Part shown: positions 30,889 to 40,191 of the stretch, in pieces | How the letters are laid out: the number at the start of each line of letters is the position of its first letter | How positions within the stretch are numbered: the first letter of the stretch is position 1 | Source of the DNA: Alphaproteobacteria bacterium | GTDB lineage: Bacteria; Pseudomonadota; Alphaproteobacteria; Bin95 | Direction: 5' to 3' | DNA: 64,000 bases | NCBI GenBank assembly: GCA_963665325.3 | Contig: CAXXWS020000003.1 | Location: 992,001-1,056,000, forward strand | Program-made: the position numbers and the translations under genes | The notes under the pieces: model-generated | What the model saw: the letters and a program-made list of their open reading frames with translations, nothing else | The model's database searches: none | What the model was told of the DNA's origin: nothing

Positions 30889-32192
30889 ATAACTGTCCTG
30901 GTTTTAAGGCACGAGAGCGGTAGCAGCTCGGTAGGAGGCGTAGGGGGGAGTCATCGGATCGTGTCGTCAGGGGCCGGCGATGGAACCAACAGAGCTAAGG
31001 TCGGAAGGCGGACGGGTGGCTCTGAGGGGCCCTGACAATGCGGGCGGGCTAGGTGGCCAGTTCCTGCTGGTGAGACCGCATTGGCGAGGTGGCGGTTATG
31101 ATCGGAGTGTTGCAATGAGGGAGAAGGAGTGGGCGCGATGTCAGGACAAGGGCAGGTTCTACTGGCGGCAAGCATTTGCTGTGCTCTCTCTGGCGCGTAC
31201 GTAGTCATCGCTAAAGTGGATACGAATGCAGGCTTCGTTGATAAAATGGGCGCATTAGCGGGACCTTATATCGCTGGCGGACTAGTCGGTTGGGTAACAC
31301 CCTTGGTACGGACCGAATCTGTGGACAATTCCCTACCATAGGTGACGTTGTCGTACACTTTTCCCGCCGAAGACGACGGGGCAGTGCAACAGAAGTTAGA
31401 CGGCTGTATGAATGAGGTAAATAGCCTAGGGGATTCGGTCTACGCGGTGTAGTCGAGCCGGTGGTGCCCAGGGGGCGATAGGCGGCACCGTTGTCGACAT
31501 GGAGGCGCTGTGGCAGGCCGCGCCGGATCGGCGCGTTCCTGAACGCCTATCGCATCGACCTCACCGGCGAGTCACAGCGAAAGCGCAACAAGCTGACCTC
31601 GCTCGAAGGCGGCAACAAGAAATGAGGGAGCCCCGGCCTGGCGGCCGGGGTCCAGCGGTGCCTGCGGCGCCGGACCCGGCCGCAACACCGTGCAAGCGCC
31701 CCGGCATGCCCTATGAAGGGGCTTGCCGGGGCGTAGGATACGCCTTTGCATGACAAACAGGGCTCGCTTACGCTCGCAACCGGCTGGCCTCCGGCCAGCC
31801 CCCTGAAACCACCAACGGAGACCCACAGACCCACACACCAAGACACGGGAGAGACCCAAAACCGGCGCCGCACCGGCCGTCAAATGGCCAGGAACCGCAG
31901 TCAAATAAAATAGGAATCCGCTGTCAAGTCCGCAGGAATGCGCAAGCGGCGGCCTCGACTGGCGATCCGTCGCCGCCGCGCGCGCCGAAGCGGCCTCGGG
32001 CCGAGCGCAATATCGGCCATCTGCCGGAGCATCTGGAGCGGATGGAGCAGGAGCGCATGCCGCCGATGGCGGGCAGGGGCACCCGAGCCGCCCGGCCCAT
32101 GGGAGCCGCCCTGCGGGGAGACGGAGCGGGCACCGCCGGCAGCGCGTGTCTGCCCCCGTTCTCCAACCGGCCGGGCACGATCGGGACGCCCT

Positions 32193-33152
32193 TCATCGCC
32201 GCCCCATGTCCAGCACGACCGAAACCGGGCAATGATCGGAGAGCGGGGTTCCGGCGTAGACCAGTTCCTCGAAGCTCCCGGGCACGACCCGGTGCGCGAG
32301 CAGACGGCCGTAAACGATATGGTCGATGAACAGGGGATACCTGCCGCCGTTGCACGTCGCCCGCCTCCCCGAGGTCGCGCGATGGAGCTTCAAATGCCCC
32401 GGATCGCCGTCGTCGATCCGGGGCCAGAAATCGTCGCCTGGCGCGTCGAAGCGGCGGTTGAAGTCGCCCAGCACCGCGAACGGCGTGCCTTCCGCCGCCC
32501 GCGCGTCGATCCACCGCTCCAGCACGGGAATCTGCATCGCGAGCTTCCGACACGCATCCTTGCCGAGCGAGGCGACCGAACCCTGGAAGCAGAACGACTT
32601 CAGGTGGATCGAGAGCAGGCGGAGGCTCTCTCCGCTTGCCGATATCCCGATGTCCACCCCGTGGCGCAATCTGCCCCCCGCGCCGAGGGCGGCGAGATCG
32701 GGATGGCGTCTTGCCGAAATCGACTTGCGCACCGCAAATGCAGTGCGCTGCGCGTGATTCCTGTCCGAAACGAAGAACCTGTATCGAGCGGGATCGAACA
32801 CCCTCGCGAGCGCTCTCTCGTTCTCGACCTCCTGTACCGCGACTACACCCGCATCGAGCCGTTCGGCATGCTGCCGCAATCCACGGAAATCTTCCTCTGT
32901 CCTACGGCTGGGCGGCTCGCCCACCCCGTCCCGCAGGTGCTCGATATTCCAGGTCGCGATCTTGATTGTGTCGGCGGATACGGGAGATGCCGAAAGCAGC
33001 GCGCCTGAAATAAAGAGGCAGATTATCGCCGCTGAGAGGGCGCACGCTTTCAGCGGTGTTAGCGGCGACTTCGTTACGGCCCACCTGAACCGGTAGGAGA
33101 AAAACTGGCCGCCATATGCCCGCTGCAACGGACCATCGACACAAGCGCTCAT
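32193..33152 (-). CDS. Exported endonuclease/exonuclease/phosphatase-family protein
   Basis: ATWNIE, QEVE, HLKS, GDFN, IDHI and SDHCPV after a signal-like segment; true start probably internal. Confidence 0.88.
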   Translation of the reverse strand: MSACVDGPLQRAYGGQFFSYRFRWAVTKSPLTPLKACALSAAIICLFISGALLSASPVSADTIKIATWNIEHLRDGVGEPPSRRTEEDFRGLRQHAERLDAGVVAVQEVENERALARVFDPARYRFFVSDRNHAQRTAFAVRKSISARRHPDLAALGAGGRLRHGVDIGISASGESLRLLSIHLKSFCFQGSVASLGKDACRKLAMQIPVLERWIDARAAEGTPFAVLGDFNRRFDAPGDDFWPRIDDGDPGHLKLHRATSGRRATCNGGRYPLFIDHIVYGRLLAHRVVPGSFEELVYAGTPLSDHCPVSVVLDMGRR

Positions 33153-33230
33153 GTTTATCCGTCCCTTAACGATCGTGATTGCCGATGGAGGTCATTTGCA
33201 GGCAGTACGCTGGAACCGGCGGGCGTCACC

Positions 33231-34598
33231 TCAACGGACCTTGATGCTTCCCTCGATTCTGGACTTTGTGCCGGCACCGCCGTCCTTTACCGACGTATCC
33301 ACGTCGAAGTCGCCGGTGATTTTCAGGTTGTCGTCAATCGACAGCTGCGCGGCTCCACCCTTCCGATCGTGCGGAAGAAACGCCACGCCGGGCTCCGTCG
33401 GCACCGCTTCCGCCAGCGCCCGGATGTAGATCGCGGCATCCGCGGCCGACAAATTGTTCGTACCGATCTTCTCGGTGACTTTCTCGATTGAGGAGGCGAC
33501 CGCTTCCACCGCGCTGACGCGGGCATTACGGAAGTCGGCCTGAGCGGCGAACAAGTTTCTGCAATGCTCAAGGAACGCATTCCCCGCGAGTCTGGTCGGA
33601 CCCCCGCCGCTGTCGAATGCTTTGTTGATATCGTTCCTGAACTGACCCAGGTGGTTGTGATGCCGCAGGGTCTCGAAGCAGACCTGCGCTTCGTAGTCCT
33701 GGTTGATCGCATTGAGCGTGACCGCGCGGACCGCCTCGGCAACGTCGTCGGCGGCCGACCGGACGCTGGCGCCGTTGGAACCGCTTCCAGGTTCGCTACC
33801 GTCCCGGCCCCGCGTCTCCCTGGCTGCCTTGAGGAAGGAGTCTTTCAGCGCAAGAATGACGTGCTGCCTGCGCTCGATCTGTTTTTCGATGGTCGAGAGT
33901 TCGTGACGTGCCGCCTCGATCGCGGCTCTGCCATTCTCGTCGTTGGGCACCTGGCTCTGGGCCTCAAGCTTGGCCAGGAAAGCCTTAGCGTTCTTGCGCT
34001 CCCGACGCAGGTCGCGCAGCGCCGCCTCCGATTCTTCCAGCGCGCCGGTGATGCGGGCAAGCCGCGTGGCGGGAGCTCCGGAGACTCCTCTACGCGCCGC
34101 GGTCACCGCTCCGGTAAGCTGTTCCACTGCCAGGAGCGCGACGATCTGGTTCTGGAACCGCCGCTGAAGGACGTCGTAGGCGACCGCGTCGATACCGTCG
34201 TTCATGAAGGCTTCGCAAAGCCGGAAATATGCATCCCGCAGTAGCTGGATCGTCTGGGTGCGCAAGCCAACATAATCCTGCGTTTCGCTTCTCATGAAGA
34301 GGCCCTTCAGCACCGCCTCCAGCACGTCCGCCGATACCTCTCCGCCCAGCGTCTGCGCCGTCGACTGGAGCGCATCCGGGCTGGGCTCAGCGCAGACCGC
34401 CACGCTGGCAATCGGTTTGCTGCGATCGTCGAGCAACGGCTGCCCGTCCGAACCGATCACCGCCCGCCTCACGGAGACTATCGCGCGATGCTTCGCCTCG
34501 ACCAGACGGCTCTTCCCCCGCGAGACGTCAAAGGTATCGCCGTCATGGATACAGCCGGCGATCAGAACCGAAAGACCCAGCAGTACGATCAACCGCAT
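33231..34598 (-). CDS. Hypothetical lipoprotein with central coiled coil
   Basis: Lipobox LIAGC; CAEPSPDAL and RTQTIQLLRDAYFRLCEA blocks. Confidence 0.75.
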   Translation of the reverse strand: MRLIVLLGLSVLIAGCIHDGDTFDVSRGKSRLVEAKHRAIVSVRRAVIGSDGQPLLDDRSKPIASVAVCAEPSPDALQSTAQTLGGEVSADVLEAVLKGLFMRSETQDYVGLRTQTIQLLRDAYFRLCEAFMNDGIDAVAYDVLQRRFQNQIVALLAVEQLTGAVTAARRGVSGAPATRLARITGALEESEAALRDLRRERKNAKAFLAKLEAQSQVPNDENGRAAIEAARHELSTIEKQIERRQHVILALKDSFLKAARETRGRDGSEPGSGSNGASVRSAADDVAEAVRAVTLNAINQDYEAQVCFETLRHHNHLGQFRNDINKAFDSGGGPTRLAGNAFLEHCRNLFAAQADFRNARVSAVEAVASSIEKVTEKIGTNNLSAADAAIYIRALAEAVPTEPGVAFLPHDRKGGAAQLSIDDNLKITGDFDVDTSVKDGGAGTKSRIEGSIKVR

Positions 34599-35299
34599 CT
34601 CGATCGATCCCGTTCACCGACTTTCTGCACTTGTTCCCGACAGGCGCCGCACCCTCCCTTGTCGAACGGAATCTTGATCCGGGTTCTCGCGATGTATTCG
34701 CGAAGGTCGCTTCTCTTCTTGTCATCCCCGACCAGTCCGACGATTTCCAGCCCACATCCAAAATCGTCGGTCCTGCGAACCAGCTTGCGGGCAATTGACG
34801 CGATCGTGTCATCGCGTACGTAATGGGTCTCCAGCCCCATGGCGGTCTTCAACGCGCCATTCAGCGGCGAACAGCGGCAACTCCCTGGAATTTCTCCCCG
34901 CCTGATACTGATCTTTCGCTCCAGTTTTTCGATCGAGATATCACCGAAGCCGCGAGGAGCGGACAAGGCGGCGGCAATGTTGCTGCAAGGCAGGCAATCC
35001 CTTATCTCCTTCAGCTTATTCAATGCCTCTTGGAGAAGATCGACGTTCTTGTCATTCGCCTTGATCAGCAGTTTCACCGAGTCGAGGAAGAGCTTGTCCG
35101 CTCGGGCATCCCCGCACGCCGGCTTACACGTCGCTCCGGGCGCATCTTGGCCAGTGTTGACGGTCTGGGTATCGGTACCGCCGATGTGAGCAGCCGCAGG
35201 GCCGTTCGCATCGGACGTCCGGTCGGTGCCGGTGCAGGACACCAGCAACAGGGCCGCGATCAGCAGGGCGGGCAGGGACACCGCCGGCGCGTGGATCAC
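34589..35299 (-). CDS. Hypothetical Cys-rich lipoprotein
   Basis: GGAGG then GTG at 35299; lipobox LLVSC; overlaps the next start by 10 nt. Confidence 0.6.
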   Translation of the reverse strand: MIHAPAVSLPALLIAALLLVSCTGTDRTSDANGPAAAHIGGTDTQTVNTGQDAPGATCKPACGDARADKLFLDSVKLLIKANDKNVDLLQEALNKLKEIRDCLPCSNIAAALSAPRGFGDISIEKLERKISIRRGEIPGSCRCSPLNGALKTAMGLETHYVRDDTIASIARKLVRRTDDFGCGLEIVGLVGDDKKRSDLREYIARTRIKIPFDKGGCGACREQVQKVGERDRSRCG

Positions 35300-35420
35300 G
35301 GAACCTCCCTGGCCTGGGGAGGGATCGAGCCCCACGGAACGGCGCGGTTTCGTGCTATGTGCCGCCATGGCCGGGCCATCCCTTGCCGGTTTTCGTCAAA
35401 ATCAAGCTGCATAATACTGC

Positions 35421-35768
35421 TTGCCAGTCGGTCCGCTACCCGCGCATTCACGATCTCCGGCATTCGCTCGCGGCGGTCGCGGTCAACGGCGGCGAGGGCC
35501 TGCGCGTCGTCGCCGGGTTGCTCGGCCATGCCGACATCAAGACCACCTTCGGCTATGCGCACCTCGCCGAGGACACCGTGTTCGACGCGGCCAACCGGGT
35601 GTCGCGCGGCATTGCCGACATGCTCGACGGCAGGGAGGCGGGCCGATGACCGAACGCAGCCGCCTGACCGATGCGCTCGCGCTCGCGGTCTGTCCGCGCG
35701 AGCGCGAATACGCCATCCACGATACCGCCCTGCAAGGCTTCATGCTGCGCGTCCAGCCGAACGGCGCC
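35421..35768 (+). pseudogene. Remnant of a second tandem integrase pair (C-terminus of one, N-terminus of the next)
   Basis: RIHDLRHS...LLGH...YAHL ends at 35649; coupled ATG at 35646 gives MTERSRLTD...EYAIHDTALQGFMLRVQPNG, then similarity stops. Confidence 0.85.
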
Positions 35769-36110
35769 TGTAGCTTTCCGATGCATCGAGAGAGGGCGCG
35801 GCTGAACTTTGGTCGCCTTGTGGAAACGCATGTCGATGGGATCGCATCCCCCAAGTCCATCGCCACATCCGGGCGAACAAGCAGAAGCAGCTCCCCGGGT
35901 TGCGCCGGCGCGGCCTCCGGAAGCGGCAGATCTTCGGCCGTTCCAGCCTCGTTCGTCCCGAGCCGGATCAGCAGGCAATCGCCGCGGCGCGTTTCACCAT
36001 CATCCTCGTCTTCAACCTCCAGGCCGTAGTGCAGCGCCAAGGCGCTCTCAACGAGATGAAACTCAGCCATTGCCAGCACCTTCCCCATTGGTCTCCCATA
36101 CCGCGTCCGG

Positions 36111-37286
36111 TCACCCGGGGGCAGTGCCCGCCCGCGTTGCGCCTGTCATGACGGTATGGACGGCCCGCCCGACCCGTTCGGCTGCGGCCTCGATCTCCCG
36201 GTCTCCGACATGGGCGTAGCGCATCGTCATACTCACATTGCTGTGGCCGAGCAGGCGGGCGACGACCGGCAGCGGCACGCCGTTCATCGCCGCCTGACTG
36301 GCTACGGTATGGCGAAGATCGTGCAGGCGGACGTTGCCTATCCCGGCCTCGCGGCGCGCCCGGTACCAGAGGGGAAGCCCCCGGCATTGAGGACGGGACG
36401 GGTTCCTGACGGAGGGGAACAGCCAGGGGCCGGTTCCCTGCGCCATGCGGCGCCCGACGATCTCCCTGGCCGGGTCGTTGAGCAGGACCGTCCTCGGCCC
36501 GGTCTTCGAGTCTTCGAGCTCGAGCCGGTCGTCCCTGACCTCATCGCGGCAAAGACGCACGATCTCGCCCTTGCGGCAGCCGGTGAGCAGCAGCAGGCGG
36601 ATCGTGTCGGCCTGCTGCGCCTCGGACGCAGAGCCTCCGGCATGGCGGTCGAGAACAAGGTGGAGGCGGGCAATCTCCTCGCGGGACAGGAACCGCGTCA
36701 TCTTCCGGCCGGGATTGCGCCGGATGCCTCTTGTCGGGTTGGTCCCGACATGCCCGAGCGCGCGCGCATGGTTGAGGATGTGGCCGAGCAGGTTAAGGGC
36801 GGCATTGGCCGCCCCCGGTGCGTTCCGGCTGCGGGCCTCGAACCAGCGGACGATCATGCGCCGGCCGATCCGGTCGACGCGGCGGGCCCCGAAGGCCGGA
36901 AGCAGGCGCCGTTCCAGGATGCCCTCGGAGTTCCTCTGCGTGGATGGCTTGAAGCGTGCGAAGCGGTCCGTCTTCCACGGCCCGGCGACGAAATCCCGGA
37001 ACAGCGGCGCCGTTCCGCGAGCCTCGCCGTCCGTGCTGTCGTTCCCGGTCGCCGCCACCTCCATACAGGCGCGGCGTACTTCTTCCACCTTGCGCAGCGC
37101 CGCCGGGCCGAAGGACGCCTTCCTCACGCCCCGATCCGTCTTGCGGTGGTATATGAAGGTCCGGCTGCCGGAGGGGCGTACGCGCACGCCGAGCCCGGCG
37201 ACCTGCGTGTCCCATACGGTATATTCGCGCGCCCCGGCCCGGAGCCGTGCGATGCCCGCGTCGGTCAATCTCCTGCGGTCCGGCAT
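36111..37286 (-). CDS. Tyrosine recombinase/integrase with arm-binding domain (second of pair)
   Basis: GLGVRVRPSG, LTGCRKGE, KTG, HDLRH, LGH and RYAH. Confidence 0.95.
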   Translation of the reverse strand: MPDRRRLTDAGIARLRAGAREYTVWDTQVAGLGVRVRPSGSRTFIYHRKTDRGVRKASFGPAALRKVEEVRRACMEVAATGNDSTDGEARGTAPLFRDFVAGPWKTDRFARFKPSTQRNSEGILERRLLPAFGARRVDRIGRRMIVRWFEARSRNAPGAANAALNLLGHILNHARALGHVGTNPTRGIRRNPGRKMTRFLSREEIARLHLVLDRHAGGSASEAQQADTIRLLLLTGCRKGEIVRLCRDEVRDDRLELEDSKTGPRTVLLNDPAREIVGRRMAQGTGPWLFPSVRNPSRPQCRGLPLWYRARREAGIGNVRLHDLRHTVASQAAMNGVPLPVVARLLGHSNVSMTMRYAHVGDREIEAAAERVGRAVHTVMTGATRAGTAPG

Positions 37287-37289
37287 CGC

Positions 37290-38408
37290 TCAGCTCCCGA
37301 GAATGCCGGCAAGCGCGTCGGCGGCCTCCCGGACCGGGCGGTCGGAAAGGTGGGCGTATCTGAGCGTCGTCTGCGCATTGTCGTGCCCGAGCAGCCGCGC
37401 CGCAGTCGTGACGCTCTCGCCCCCCATGATGGCGATGCTGGCGTAGGTGTGGCGGCAATCGTGCAGCCGGACATCGGCAATCCCCGCTTCCTCCCGGACC
37501 CGGCGCCAGAACTTGTCGAACATGGCCGAGCTCGCCGGGGCCCGCCGCTGGGGCGAAGGAAAGACCCATTGGCCCTCGTGCGGCAGACCGTCCAGCACGG
37601 CGCGGGCCGGCGAGGACAGCCACACCGTCCGGGGACCCGCCTTGCCGTCGCGCAAGAACAGATGCCCCTCCCGGTAGTCCGACCATTCGAGCATCGCGAT
37701 CTCGGTCTTGCGGCAACCGGTCAGCAGCAGCAGGCGAACGAATGCCGCCTTGCGGGGATGGCGCGCCTCGTGACGGTCCAGTACCTGTCCGAGCCGGCGA
37801 AGCTCCGGCCCGGACAGGAAGCGCTCCCGGCCCTTGCGCCGGTAGCGCCGGATGCCCGTGCAGGGATTGCTGCCCTCCGGGCGGTAACCGTAGACCTCCG
37901 CCTGGCGCATGATGACGGAGAGGACCGGCGCGGACCGGTCCGCCGCCACTGGCGTGGCGTGCAGGGAGGCGAACCAGCGCTGCACGTCCTCCCTTGCGAT
38001 GTCGGCGATGTTCATCCCGGCGAACCGGGGCAGGATCGTGCTGCGCAGATAGGTCCGGTTGACCTTGAGGGTTCCGGGTTTCCAGCGCCGCCCATAGCGG
38101 TCGAAGACCTCCTCCGCCACGGTCTCGAACAATCTCTCTTCCGGCAGGACGGGCGTCTCGTCGCGCCGGATCGCGGCAAGAAGCTCCGTGGCCCGCCTGC
38201 GGGCCTCGCCGAGGCAAAGGCCGCCGACGATCCCCACCGTTTTCCAGACCCGGCGACCCTCGTGCTGGCTATGGATGAAGTAGCGTTTGGCCCCCGAGGG
38301 AAGGACGCGAACGCCGAACCCCTTCAGCGCGCTGTCGCGAACATCGTAGGGAGACTGGCGCGGCCTGAGGCCCTCGATCCGGCTCTCCGTGAGGCGGACG
38401 GTTGACAT
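37290..38408 (-). CDS. Tyrosine recombinase/integrase with arm-binding domain (first of pair)
   Basis: GFGVRVLPSG, LTGCRKTE, KAG, HDCRH, LGH and RYAH. Confidence 0.95.
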   Translation of the reverse strand: MSTVRLTESRIEGLRPRQSPYDVRDSALKGFGVRVLPSGAKRYFIHSQHEGRRVWKTVGIVGGLCLGEARRRATELLAAIRRDETPVLPEERLFETVAEEVFDRYGRRWKPGTLKVNRTYLRSTILPRFAGMNIADIAREDVQRWFASLHATPVAADRSAPVLSVIMRQAEVYGYRPEGSNPCTGIRRYRRKGRERFLSGPELRRLGQVLDRHEARHPRKAAFVRLLLLTGCRKTEIAMLEWSDYREGHLFLRDGKAGPRTVWLSSPARAVLDGLPHEGQWVFPSPQRRAPASSAMFDKFWRRVREEAGIADVRLHDCRHTYASIAIMGGESVTTAARLLGHDNAQTTLRYAHLSDRPVREAADALAGILGS

Positions 38409-38510
38409 GCTTGTTCCTCCTGCATCCGGTTGCAGGCGGGGGAAACTGCGGCTGCAATTGCACCCCGAACCTGCGATTGCACGAGGAAAAACAAACGCTG
38501 TATCAATACC

Positions 38511-38987
38511 TTAGCATCGAAGATGCGGCACGAAGGTGTAATGGACGCAAACGTCTGTCAGCCCGCCCGTCAACAGCAGTGTATCGACCCGCAGACCCCG
38601 CAGCAGGATTTCCAGATCGGTGCCGTAGAACGCCGAGTAGCGGCGCTTCTGGACGAGGTAGTCCCCGTCGCGGAAACCGGTCACCTCCTTCGCCAAAGCC
38701 GTTTCCGGGTTGTTGTCGAGGCAGTGTATGTCCTCGCTGCCGTCGAGTTCGCGGCCGAAATCCACCAGGTCGGCCCGGTGGATCTCCTGAATGAAGACGA
38801 TCGGGATGTCCACCTCTCGCGCCCGGTCGATGGCTATGCGGGCCCGGGCGACCCGCCCGGCATAGTCCGGCATGTGCGGGATCGAGCGGACCTCCTTCTC
38901 GACGAAGGCGGACTGCTGAATGTCGATGACGATGAGGCCCGGTCGGCCCTCGATCAGGCTGCGCTTGGAATTTCCGGTATCGGTCAT
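38511..38987 (-). pseudogene. 5' fragment of cysteine hydrolase (isochorismatase family)
   Basis: IVIDIQ, KRRYSAFYGTDLE and GGLTDVCVHYTFV, then an island-derived PHLRC* tail. Confidence 0.92.
38530..38539. repeat. Right att core (ACGAAGGTGT)
   Basis: Identical to 7718-7727; about 120 bp upstream of the first integrase start. Confidence 0.9.
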
Positions 38988-39049
38988 TTGAGGACTCCGC
39001 TTCAGGTCGGGCCGTTCAGCCCTGTGTCCGGCAATCCCGCACCCCGCCG

Positions 39050-40126
39050 TCAGGCCGCCCGGATCCGGGTCCAGGCCGCTTCGTAGAGCCGCGCGACCTC
39101 CTCGCCCCGGTATAGTGCCGGCTCGCAGGCCGCAAGCGTCTGTTCGCTCGGGAAGATGCCCGGGTTGCCCGTATAGTCCGCCGGCAGCAGCGCCTTCGAG
39201 GCGGCGTTCGGCGTCGCATAGCGGATCGCCTCCGCAATCGCCGCGCCGGCCTCGGCCCCCAGGATGAAATCGATAAAGGCGTGCGCGTTCCCGGGATGCG
39301 GGGCGCCGCGCGGGATGGCGAGGGTATCCTCCCACAGGATGGATCCCTCGCGCGGCACGACATAGGAGATGTCGTCATCCTGCGCCATCGCCTGCAATAT
39401 GTCGCCGTTCCACTCCATCGCGATGTCCACCTCGCCGGAGAGCAGCAGGTCCTGCCCATTGTCCGGCGCGAACAGCTTGAGATGCGGCTTCTGCGCGACA
39501 ATCAGCGTCTCGGCCGCCGCGATGTGCTCCGGGTCGCCGGTATTGAGCGGATGGCCCAGATATTTGAAGGCCGCGCCCAGCACCGTGCCCGCCTCGCTGA
39601 GCAGCGCGCAGCGCCCGCTATGGCGGTCGGAGTCGTAGAGCCAGCGCCAGCTGTCGGGCACGCCCTCGCAGCGGGACTTGCGGTAACCGATCCCCATCGT
39701 GCCCCACATATAGGGGATGGAGTGTTTCCGGCCGGGGTCAAAGACAGCGTCCCGGAAGGCGGGTTCGATATTCGCCATATTGGGGAGGGCCGCGTGGTCG
39801 AGCGGCATTAGCATGTCTTCCGCGATCATGCGCTCGACGAAATCGTTGGTCGGCACGATCACGTCGTAGCCGGGATTGCCCTTCTTCAGCGTTGCGAACA
39901 ACTCGTCATTGTCCGCATAGAGGTCCATCCGGACCGATATGCCGGTCCGCGCCGTGAAGTCCGCAAGGGTGGTCTCGCCGATATAGGTGTCCCAGTTGTA
40001 GAAATTGAGCTTGGGCTCTTCCCCGGCGAGGCCGGCTTGCGGCAGGATCGCGAGGCCCGCCGCCGCCGCGCCCGTGCCGGCAAGGAAGCGGCGGCGCGTC
40101 GGCCGGGTTCCGAAAACCGTGCGCAT
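39050..40126 (-). CDS. Polyamine ABC transporter substrate-binding protein (PotD/PotF-like) with Tat signal
   Basis: RRRFLAG, YNWDTYI, PYMWGTMGIGY and PREGSILWED. Confidence 0.9.
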   Translation of the reverse strand: MRTVFGTRPTRRRFLAGTGAAAAGLAILPQAGLAGEEPKLNFYNWDTYIGETTLADFTARTGISVRMDLYADNDELFATLKKGNPGYDVIVPTNDFVERMIAEDMLMPLDHAALPNMANIEPAFRDAVFDPGRKHSIPYMWGTMGIGYRKSRCEGVPDSWRWLYDSDRHSGRCALLSEAGTVLGAAFKYLGHPLNTGDPEHIAAAETLIVAQKPHLKLFAPDNGQDLLLSGEVDIAMEWNGDILQAMAQDDDISYVVPREGSILWEDTLAIPRGAPHPGNAHAFIDFILGAEAGAAIAEAIRYATPNAASKALLPADYTGNPGIFPSEQTLAACEPALYRGEEVARLYEAAWTRIRAA

Positions 40127-40191
40127 CGGGGTCTCCTGGGTCTTCGGGGCGCGGTCGGGCTGAGTATCGAGGGCACGCATGGAGAAGTCAA

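Larger units (their letters stand above)
7718..38539. mobile_element. Integrative mobilisable element / genomic island (~30.8 kb)
   Basis: Flanking direct repeat splitting a gene, integrases next to the right end, MOBF relaxase, RHH genes, defence and metabolic cargo, no mating-pair genes. Confidence 0.92.

Noticed and set aside
30951-31341. Small ORFs after the N-hydroxylase
   Set aside because: Short, overlapping and without a recognisable motif; no carrier-protein serine motif seen.
36156-38405. 749-aa plus-strand ORF, and similar long ORFs at 4060-6135, 16994-18856 and 607-2130
   Set aside because: Antisense shadows of real genes, expected at high GC; no motifs.
7718-38539. Prophage or self-transmissible ICE
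   Set aside because: No phage structural genes, VirB4 or coupling protein.
38988-39335. N-terminal extension of the cysteine hydrolase ORF
   Set aside because: It overlaps the polyamine-binding gene; an ATG with an RBS lies at 38987.
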